This document shows, in pieces, positions 20,082 to 27,193 of a DNA stretch of 64,000 nucleotides (positions are counted from its first letter, which is position 1; each line of letters opens with the position of its first letter). The notes under the pieces were generated by a model that was given only the letters and a program-made list of their open reading frames with translations, did no database searches and was not told the DNA's origin. Origin of the DNA: an uncultured Thermoleophilia bacterium (GTDB lineage Bacteria; Actinomycetota; Thermoleophilia; Gaiellales; Gaiellaceae); NCBI GenBank assembly GCA_963799905.1, contig CAWCYU010000021.1:19628-83627 (forward strand), read 5' to 3'. Made by a program: the position numbers and the translations under genes.

Positions 20082-20615
20082 CTACGCAGCGTCGGTCGCG
20101 GCCGCCGGAAGCGCCTCGGCCGGGATGTAGCGCAGATCTGGCAGCGCGCGCCAGCGTTCCTCGAGGCCGAGGCCGTAGCCGGCGAACAGCTCGTCCGGAA
20201 CGGTGAACCCGACGTAGCGCAGGCCGATGTTCTCGACCAGTCGTCGGTAGGGGCGATCGAGCAGCGTCACTGCAGCAATGCTCGCCGGGCCCCGCTCCGC
20301 CAGCGTCCGCGTCAGGTACGCGAGCGTCAGGCCCGTGTCGACGACATCCTCTACGAGCAGCACGTCGCGCCCGTCGATCGGCGTATCGAGGTCCTTGAGC
20401 AGCCGCACCCCGCCGCGCCCGCCGTCGGAGTAGCCCGCGAGCTCGACCACGTCGATCGCGTGCAGGATCGGCAATGCCCGCGACAGGTCTGCGAGAAAGA
20501 CCGTGCTCGACTTCAGCGGCGCGACGAGTAGCGGCTCGCGGCCTGCATAATCGGCGGCGATCTCCGCTCCGAGCTCGCGAACGCGCGCAGCGATCTCGGC
20601 GGCCGAGAGGTACAC
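20082..20615 (-). CDS. hpt: Hypoxanthine phosphoribosyltransferase-like protein (start uncertain)
   Basis: IAARVRELGAEIAADY, PRPP loop VLLVEDVVDTGLTL, and FAGYGLG...RALP. Confidence 0.85.
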   Translation of the reverse strand: MYLSAAEIAARVRELGAEIAADYAGREPLLVAPLKSSTVFLADLSRALPILHAIDVVELAGYSDGGRGGVRLLKDLDTPIDGRDVLLVEDVVDTGLTLAYLTRTLAERGPASIAAVTLLDRPYRRLVENIGLRYVGFTVPDELFAGYGLGLEERWRALPDLRYIPAEALPAAATDAA

Positions 20616-20635
20616 CGCTCCTGCCGGGTCGTGTC

Positions 20636-21004
20636 CTATGACGCGAGCTTCAGTCGGTATCGCTGGGCGAGGCGCTCGAGATCGCGCCGGTAGAAGAGCT
20701 TGACGTTGACCTCCGGGTACTGCTCTCGCAGCTCCCGCAACTTGCGGTTCTTCCGTGTCACGAGCGACTGCTTCATCACCGTCACCTCGATGTAGAGGTT
20801 TTCCTCCGGGAGGAAGAAATCCGGTGTGAAAGCACGAGTGACGCGGCCATCGGTGTCTCGCTCGAGCACGAACGAGGTCGGCTCGTACTCCCACGGGATC
20901 CCGTACCAGTCGAGGATCCTGGCGCACTCGAGCTCGATCCGGTTGGCGAACCGCGGCGGCTCTGCCCCGCGGTAGGCCTGGAACCGGTGGGATTCCGACC
21001 GCAC
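20636..21004 (-). CDS. Small PD-(D/E)XK-fold nuclease-like protein
   Basis: E...WEYEP...FTPDFFL...YIEVT pattern, as in T7 endonuclease I/TnsA-like folds. The Lys of ExK is replaced (EVT). Confidence 0.65.
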   Translation of the reverse strand: MRSESHRFQAYRGAEPPRFANRIELECARILDWYGIPWEYEPTSFVLERDTDGRVTRAFTPDFFLPEENLYIEVTVMKQSLVTRKNRKLRELREQYPEVNVKLFYRRDLERLAQRYRLKLAS

Positions 21005-21010
21005 GATTCA

Positions 21011-21032
21011 ACGGTACTCCCGCACTCGGACG
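21011..21032 (-). promoter_or_regulatory. Putative PafBC-type promoter of the nuclease-hpt operon
   Basis: The minus strand reads CGTCCG-AGTGCGGGAG-TACCGT, 6 nt before GTG 21004. Confidence 0.6.
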
Positions 21033-21080
21033 ACCCCTTCGATTCTTCACCGTCCGACGGCAGCGTCGTAGACTGCTGCC

Positions 21081-21890
21081 ATGTCGAACGGCGCCCGGTC
21101 AGTGTTGCGCATCGCTCACCTCTCCGACCTGCATTGCGGTGAGCAGTACTTCGAGCCGACCTTGCTCGAGCGGGCGATCAGCGAGATCAACGAGCTCGCC
21201 CCCGACATCGTCATCTGCTCGGGCGATCTGACGACGCTGGGTTTCAAGCACGAGTACAAGCTGGCTCGGCAGTACATCGACAAGATCCAGTGCGAATCCC
21301 TGGTCGTGATCCCCGGGAACCACGACTCGCGCAACGTCGGTTACGTGCACTTCGAGGAGCTGTTCGGCCAGCGCAACTCGGTGCTCCGCAAGAGCGGGGT
21401 CACCGTCGTGGCGGTGGACTCGACGGAGCCCGACCTCGATCACGGCCAGATCGGGCGCGGCCGCTACGCCTGGATCGAGCGCGAGTTCGCCGCCGAGCCG
21501 GCCGACCTGAAGATCTTCGTTCTCCACCATCATCTGCTGCCCGTGCCGGGAACCGGCCGCGAGCGCAACGTCGTGTACGACGCCGGCGACGTGATCGAAT
21601 GCCTGCTTCGAGCCGGGGTGCAGCTCGTTCTCTCGGGCCACAAGCACGTCCCGTACGCGTGGCGGCTCGAAAACCTGTTCGTCGTCAACACCGGCACGGT
21701 TTCCTCGCTGCGTTTGCGGGGGAATACGAGACCCTGTTACAACGTGATCGAGATAACGGGGAGCCACGTCGACGTCTGGCGCCACCACCCGTTTCACGGC
21801 GAGGAGCGCATCATCCAGTTCTCGACCGACACCTTCGAATACGAGAAGTACACCGGGCGGATCGAGTCCGAGGTGACGTCGCGCTCGTGA
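21081..21890 (+). CDS. Calcineurin-like metallophosphoesterase (CpdA/Icc-like)
   Basis: HLSDLH, SGDLT, PGNHD, HHH and GHKH motifs. TAGACT -10 lies 6 nt before the ATG. Confidence 0.92.
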   Translation: MSNGARSVLRIAHLSDLHCGEQYFEPTLLERAISEINELAPDIVICSGDLTTLGFKHEYKLARQYIDKIQCESLVVIPGNHDSRNVGYVHFEELFGQRNSVLRKSGVTVVAVDSTEPDLDHGQIGRGRYAWIEREFAAEPADLKIFVLHHHLLPVPGTGRERNVVYDAGDVIECLLRAGVQLVLSGHKHVPYAWRLENLFVVNTGTVSSLRLRGNTRPCYNVIEITGSHVDVWRHHPFHGEERIIQFSTDTFEYEKYTGRIESEVTSRS

Positions 21891-23164
21891 GGGCGATCGC
21901 CGTGATCGACGGGGAGCACTATGCCTCCGTGGTCAGCGATGCGCTCGTCGAGCTGCCCTACGAGATCGTCGCCTGCGTGCTCGTCGGCGGCACCGAGAAG
22001 CTCCACGGCGGGGAAGGATACGGCGTGCCGCTCGCCGCTTCGCTCGAGAGCGCGATCGCGGAGTACGCGCCTGACGTGGTCCTCGACCTCTCGGACGAGC
22101 CCGTGCTCGGCCCACCGGCCCGTCTGAGGCTGGCCGCGAGGACGCTCGTGCTCGGGGTTCCGTACGAGGGAGCCGACTTCAGGTTCGACCCGCCTCGCTT
22201 CGACCCGATCCGGACGCCCTCTGTCGCGGTGATCGGGACAGGCAAGCGGGTCGGGAAGACCGCCGTCACCGGCCACGTGGCTCGCGCCTTTGCACGGCAG
22301 CGAAGCGTGGTCGTGGTCGCGATGGGACGTGGTGGGCCCGCCGAGCCCGAGCTCGTCGAGGTGCGGCCGACGTTGTCCGACCTGCTCGCGCTGTCACGGG
22401 CTGGGCGTCATGCAGCATCCGACCACCTGGAGACAGCGGCGCTCACGGGCCTGCAGACGGTCGGCTGCCGCCGCTGCGGCGGCGGGCTCGCCGGCGCTGT
22501 CGGAACATCCAACGTGCTCGCGGGCGTCCGGCTGGCGGAGGGCCTCGATCCCGACCTGATCGTGCTCGACGGGAGCGGCGCAGCTATCCCGCCGATCGCC
22601 GCCGACCGCCGGATTCTCGTCGTCGGCGCCCACCAGGAAACGGCTGTTGCGGCCGGCTACCTCAACCCGTACCGCGCCTTGCTCGCCGATCTGGTGGTGA
22701 TCACGATGGCGGAGGACGGCCTCGCTCACGGGGCACTCGCCGAGGCATTCCAGGAGCTCGTGCGGCCGAGCGTGCCCATCGTGCGCGTGGTGCTGCGCCC
22801 GCGGCCGCTCGGCGACGTCCGCGGCCGCCGGATCGCGTACTTCGGCACAGCTCCCGCGGCGGGGCACGACCTCATCGCCTCACATCTCGCTGCGGCATAC
22901 GGTGCCGACGTGGCGCACGTCTCCGGCAGGCTGGGCGACCGCGAAGCGCTGCGGACAGAGCTCGCGGGCCTCGACGCCGAGCTGCTCGTGGTCGAGGTCA
23001 AGGCCGCAGCGATCGACGTCGTGGCCGAAGAGGCGGCCAGGCTCGGGATTCCCGTCCTCCTCGCGGCGAACGACATCGTCCCGCTCGCCGACGAGCCCAG
23101 CCTCGACGTCGAGCTCGAGCGTCTGGCCACCGAGGCGATCTCCGCGGCGGCGATCGGCGTATGA
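21887..23164 (+). CDS. cpgS: Cyclic 2,3-diphosphoglycerate synthetase
   Basis: IDGEHY, GGTEKL, DLSDEPV, GTGKRVGKT, AMGRGGP, HAASDH, GCRRCGGG, GSGAAIPP and EVKAAAIDV match archaeal CpgS. GTGA overlap with the upstream gene. Confidence 0.9.
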   Translation: MRAIAVIDGEHYASVVSDALVELPYEIVACVLVGGTEKLHGGEGYGVPLAASLESAIAEYAPDVVLDLSDEPVLGPPARLRLAARTLVLGVPYEGADFRFDPPRFDPIRTPSVAVIGTGKRVGKTAVTGHVARAFARQRSVVVVAMGRGGPAEPELVEVRPTLSDLLALSRAGRHAASDHLETAALTGLQTVGCRRCGGGLAGAVGTSNVLAGVRLAEGLDPDLIVLDGSGAAIPPIAADRRILVVGAHQETAVAAGYLNPYRALLADLVVITMAEDGLAHGALAEAFQELVRPSVPIVRVVLRPRPLGDVRGRRIAYFGTAPAAGHDLIASHLAAAYGADVAHVSGRLGDREALRTELAGLDAELLVVEVKAAAIDVVAEEAARLGIPVLLAANDIVPLADEPSLDVELERLATEAISAAAIGV

Positions 23165-24075
23165 GCGAGCGCCGCTATCTGGCACCGCTGCCGCTCGGCG
23201 GCGACGAGGGACCGCCGTGGTCGAAGGGGCTGATGGCGCGGGCACTCGCGGCGACCGGTTTGGATCCGACTCGAGCCTATGAGCTCGCCCGGCGTGCCGA
23301 CGCGGACATGGTTCAGCGGGGCGCGCTCGAGCTCGACCTCGACCGGCTGGGGGAGATCACCGCGGAGGTGCTCGAGGAACCGGAGTCGGGGCGGACGATG
23401 AGGCGCCTGCGCCGCCTGCAGGCGTTGCAGCATCTCGAGCTTCCCGTCGTCTTGCTCGTGGGTGGGGCCACGGGCACCGGCAAGTCGACGCTCGCGACCG
23501 AGGCGGCGCACCGCCTCGGGATCACCAGGGTGACATCGACGGACTTCATCCGGCAGACGATGCGCGCGTTCTTCTCCCGCGAGTTCATGCCGTCCGTGCA
23601 CTACTCGAGCTTCGACGCCGAGCTTGCGTTGAGCAGGGCGGACGAGGATCTCTCGGGCGATGCGGGACTGCTGGGGTTCCTCGACCAGACCAGGAACGTG
23701 CTCGTCGGCGTCGAGGCGGCGATCGACCGCTCGCTGACGGAGGGCTGGTCGATGGTGCTCGAGGGCGTCCACATCGTTCCGGGCATGATCGCCGTCGATC
23801 GGGCGGACGCACTCGTCGTTCAGTGCCTTGTCGCGATCAGCGACGAGCACGCTCATCGCAGCCACTTCTGGGTGCGTGACGCATCGACGGAGGGCCTCCG
23901 TCCGCTCGAGAAATACCTCGAAGGCATGCCGGAGATCCGGATGATCCAGGACGTGCTGCTCGAGCGGGCACGGCGGTTCGACGTGCCCGTGATCGAGAAC
24001 ACCTCTCTCGACGAGGCGATCGGCCAGGTGCTCGACCTCGTGCTGACGGGCGCCGAGCGGCTGGCCCGCGTCTGA
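23161..24075 (+). CDS. pgk2: 2-phosphoglycerate kinase (ATP-cone-like + P-loop)
   Basis: PWSKGLMARAL, GGATGTGKST, STDFIRQTMR and EGVHIVPG. ATGA overlap with cpgS. Confidence 0.88.
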   Translation: MSERRYLAPLPLGGDEGPPWSKGLMARALAATGLDPTRAYELARRADADMVQRGALELDLDRLGEITAEVLEEPESGRTMRRLRRLQALQHLELPVVLLVGGATGTGKSTLATEAAHRLGITRVTSTDFIRQTMRAFFSREFMPSVHYSSFDAELALSRADEDLSGDAGLLGFLDQTRNVLVGVEAAIDRSLTEGWSMVLEGVHIVPGMIAVDRADALVVQCLVAISDEHAHRSHFWVRDASTEGLRPLEKYLEGMPEIRMIQDVLLERARRFDVPVIENTSLDEAIGQVLDLVLTGAERLARV

Positions 24076-24081
24076 GCGGGC

Positions 24082-24831
24082 TCACACTGCCGGGCGGGCG
24101 TACGCATACCACCCGGCGGGCGCGAGACCGAGCGTCTCGTACAGCCCCCCTGCCGTGACGTTGCGCTCCTGAACCGCGAGCAGGGTGCGCCGGGCACCGC
24201 GCTCCGACGCCCACTCCGCGATTGCCGCGACCGCACGTGTGGCGACCCGACGCCGCCTCGCTGCCGCCGTCGTTGCGATGCACTCGAGGACGAGCGTCTC
24301 CTCGACGAGAACGCCGAGCGCGGTCCCGACCATGGTGCCGGCGTCCGCCACCTGCGCGAACACTGCGTGCTCGAGCCGCGCGAGGAGCGCTGCAACGACG
24401 GCCCGCTCTCGCGCCGTCCGGCGTGGTTCGACAGCGCACCAGGTTGCGAGCCACTCCTCCGACGCGTGGCTCGTGAGTGAGACGTCCTCGGTCGGCCCGG
24501 CAGGCGGGAGCGGCCCGGCGAGCAGGAGCGTGCGATCGATCCCGGTTGCCCAGCCGCGCGCTGCGAGCCGCTCGCGGAGCCGGGGCGGCCATGTCGCTCC
24601 CGTGAGCTGAAGCCAGGGTGTCAAGCCGCGTCGCGCGTACACCTCGAGGGAGCGCGTGAGCAGATGATCGAGCCCCGCGTCGTCGCTGTCGGTGCCGTTC
24701 CCGTGCGTGAGCACCGAGTTCGCCCGGCGCGTGACGCCGTCGTCGAGCCGGGCCGTCCACGGCCCTATCGCCACCGTCTCCCGGGGTCGCCATGCCTGCT
24801 GGAGCACGAGGTCGAGGGCGGCTTGCTCCAC
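24082..24831 (-). CDS. GNAT-family N-acetyltransferase
   Basis: QAW...GVTRRANSV N-terminus, ARRRRVA acetyl-CoA loop and NVTAGGLYETLG. Confidence 0.82.
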   Translation of the reverse strand: MEQAALDLVLQQAWRPRETVAIGPWTARLDDGVTRRANSVLTHGNGTDSDDAGLDHLLTRSLEVYARRGLTPWLQLTGATWPPRLRERLAARGWATGIDRTLLLAGPLPPAGPTEDVSLTSHASEEWLATWCAVEPRRTARERAVVAALLARLEHAVFAQVADAGTMVGTALGVLVEETLVLECIATTAAARRRRVATRAVAAIAEWASERGARRTLLAVQERNVTAGGLYETLGLAPAGWYAYARPAV

Positions 24832-24855
24832 CGTCCTCACTGTAGAGTTGGTCGC

Positions 24856-25155
24856 ATGGTCACCGAGAACGATGTCGTCGAAGCATTGCACGGCGTGGAG
24901 GATCCGGAGCTCGGAATGGATATCGTCGAGATCGGCCTCTTCTACGAGGCCCAGATCGACGGCCCGAGCGTCAAGATCATCCACTCGCTCACCTCGATGG
25001 GATGCCCGGCCGGGCCGATGATCCAGGAAGGCATCCACGATGCAGTCGCCGCTCTCCCAGGTGTCGAGCGCGTCGAGGTGGAGCTGACGTTCGATCCGCC
25101 GTGGACGCCCGACCTCATGTCGGACGACGCGAAGTTCATTCTCGGCTTCGGATAG
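24856..25155 (+). CDS. Fe-S cluster assembly factor SufT (DUF59)
   Basis: VEDPELGMDIVEIGL, TSMGCP and FDPPWTPDLMS. Confidence 0.92.
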   Translation: MVTENDVVEALHGVEDPELGMDIVEIGLFYEAQIDGPSVKIIHSLTSMGCPAGPMIQEGIHDAVAALPGVERVEVELTFDPPWTPDLMSDDAKFILGFG

Positions 25156-25258
25156 GCAGTCTCGAGCCGTTTCGTGGGCTGGTGTCTGAGCATGGGTCTG
25201 AGATCCTGCGCCGCCGTCGCCCGAGCCCAGGTACCTCACTGCCTCACGGGCTGAACTG

Positions 25259-26926
25259 GTGGGAGGGGCGCACCGGCTGACGCCCTCGACAGGCTCGGAT
25301 AGATTCACCGCTGTGCTGATCTGGGTTCTGGCGGTTCTATCGGGACTTGTGATCGCTGCCTGTGTGTTGGTCGCACGGACACTTGTTCTCGCGCCGAGGC
25401 CCTCGTTCACCTCGGGAGCGGTGAGAGCAATCACGCTCATTGTGCTTGCGGCGGTTGCTGGCATCGTCCCAAGCCAAGCAGCGACGAGTTCTGGGATTTC
25501 GATCAGTATGTTCCGGGCGGCTCCGATTGTGAGGCCGGTGGCGATTGCCGTCGAGCCGGGTGGGGGCGTTTTGTTCGCGAGCGAGGGCGCTGGATCCGTG
25601 GGAAGGATCACGATGTCGGGCGCCGTGACAGCTCACGCTGTCTCAGCGGTGTCCGCGTCGGGCGGGGTGATGGTTCGCCCCGGCGGAGCTCCCTTGTTGG
25701 CCAGAGGTGGCTTGGAGCTCGGGCAAATGATTTCTGAGAGAGCACGTCGGGCCCTCTCGACCTCGAGCGCCGTTGAGGTTGCGGCCGGCCCGGGTAACAC
25801 GCTGTGGTTTACGAACGGGGGTGAGACCGTCGGCCGGATCACAACGACGGGAAAGGTGGCCGTGTTCTCCGAGCCCCAGCACCTCCGCGGCACTTATGGG
25901 ATCACGCGTGGGCCAGACGGCGCCATGTGGTTCACGAACTACCTCGCGAGTTCGATCGGACGCATTGACGCGACCGGTGCCATCGTGACGTTTACCGCGC
26001 CCTGTGTCCGATATCCGATGGGCATCACCGCTGGTGCCGACGGGGCGATGTGGTTCGCGGACGACTCAGGATCGATCGGACGAATCACCAGCGACGGCAA
26101 CATCCGATGCTACGGCGACGTCGCACGGGTCGGCCACCCGGGTGCGATCATCGCCGGCGGTGACGGTGCGCTGTGGGCCGCCGACCGGAGTGGTTCGATC
26201 GTGCGAGTTACGACACGGGGTGTCGTGACGCGCTACACGACGGCCGGGATGCGTTTTCCGGACAGGATCGCCGCGGGACCGAACCGCGCTGTGTGGTTCA
26301 CCGATTATCTCGCGGACGCGGTCGGAAGGATCGGTGGATCTGGCCGCCCAACCAAGCCCTCTAACCCTCGCCCGCTGCCACGAGTCACGCTCCTCTCGGA
26401 CTCGGCTGCCGCGTCGATCGTCTTCGACACCGGCGCGAAGTCGCTCCTCGCGAACGGCATCGACCTGTTCCTCGAGCCGGGCCAGGGCCGTACGCTCGGC
26501 CCCCAACCGCTCGGCGTGACGGGGCCGCCGACGCTGCCGGATCTCATAACCCAGCTCGGGAGCAGGCTCGGACAGACGGTCGTCGTGGACATCGGCCACA
26601 ACGACACCTACTCAGACCGGTACGCATCGGATATCGACGCTGCGCTGGCAGCACTCCATGCTGCGGGCGTGAAGCGTGTCCTTTGGACCACGCTCCACGT
26701 GACGACGAACCACTGGGGCTTCACCGCAATGAATGACGCGGTCGTCGCGGCAGCAGCACAGCACCCGGAACTCACGATTGTCGACTGGAATGCGTATGCC
26801 GCGCCGCACCCCGAGTGGTTCCAACGCGACGGCGTGCACCTCATCGGTGACGGCCCCCGCGCCCTCGCCCGATGTATCCACGGGAGCCTCATAGGACTCG
26901 GCGTCCCTCTAACCGCACGAAGCTGA
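25259..26926 (+). CDS. Secreted Vgb-like beta-propeller fused to SGNH hydrolase domain (start probably downstream, about 25310-25430)
   Basis: Repeats GITxGxDGAMWF...IGRI. The C-terminal SDS, GHND and DGVH are SGNH motifs. Confidence 0.8.
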   Translation: MGGAHRLTPSTGSDRFTAVLIWVLAVLSGLVIAACVLVARTLVLAPRPSFTSGAVRAITLIVLAAVAGIVPSQAATSSGISISMFRAAPIVRPVAIAVEPGGGVLFASEGAGSVGRITMSGAVTAHAVSAVSASGGVMVRPGGAPLLARGGLELGQMISERARRALSTSSAVEVAAGPGNTLWFTNGGETVGRITTTGKVAVFSEPQHLRGTYGITRGPDGAMWFTNYLASSIGRIDATGAIVTFTAPCVRYPMGITAGADGAMWFADDSGSIGRITSDGNIRCYGDVARVGHPGAIIAGGDGALWAADRSGSIVRVTTRGVVTRYTTAGMRFPDRIAAGPNRAVWFTDYLADAVGRIGGSGRPTKPSNPRPLPRVTLLSDSAAASIVFDTGAKSLLANGIDLFLEPGQGRTLGPQPLGVTGPPTLPDLITQLGSRLGQTVVVDIGHNDTYSDRYASDIDAALAALHAAGVKRVLWTTLHVTTNHWGFTAMNDAVVAAAAQHPELTIVDWNAYAAPHPEWFQRDGVHLIGDGPRALARCIHGSLIGLGVPLTARS

Positions 26927-27193
26927 CCAGCCACGCGCGTAACCGGCCCCGCGGTGCACTCCCCATAGTTGAGGTCCGTTGCGTCCCGGTGCGCCCCCTG
27001 TGACCTGACCGGAGCGCCACCGTGGTCGAGGATCACGGAGCTCAGCGGGTCGCCGCAGGTGTTCGCCTGGTCGCGCAGCTGAAGTCGGCGCCGATCGCTG
27101 TCGACGGCCGCGACGCGGGTGATCTCTCTGTCGGACTGGTGGGTCGGGGTCGGCGGCTCACGTGAAGCCCGTGCGGCGCCGATATTTGGGATC

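Noticed and set aside
20616-21050. N-terminally extended 322-aa HPRT
   Set aside because: The extension is the out-of-frame shadow of the 20636-21004 gene. A true nuclease-HPRT fusion broken by an indel cannot be fully excluded.
26927-27193. Gene or ncRNA in this intergenic gap
   Set aside because: It has only weak coding-like fragments on the minus strand, with no supported start, motif or structure.
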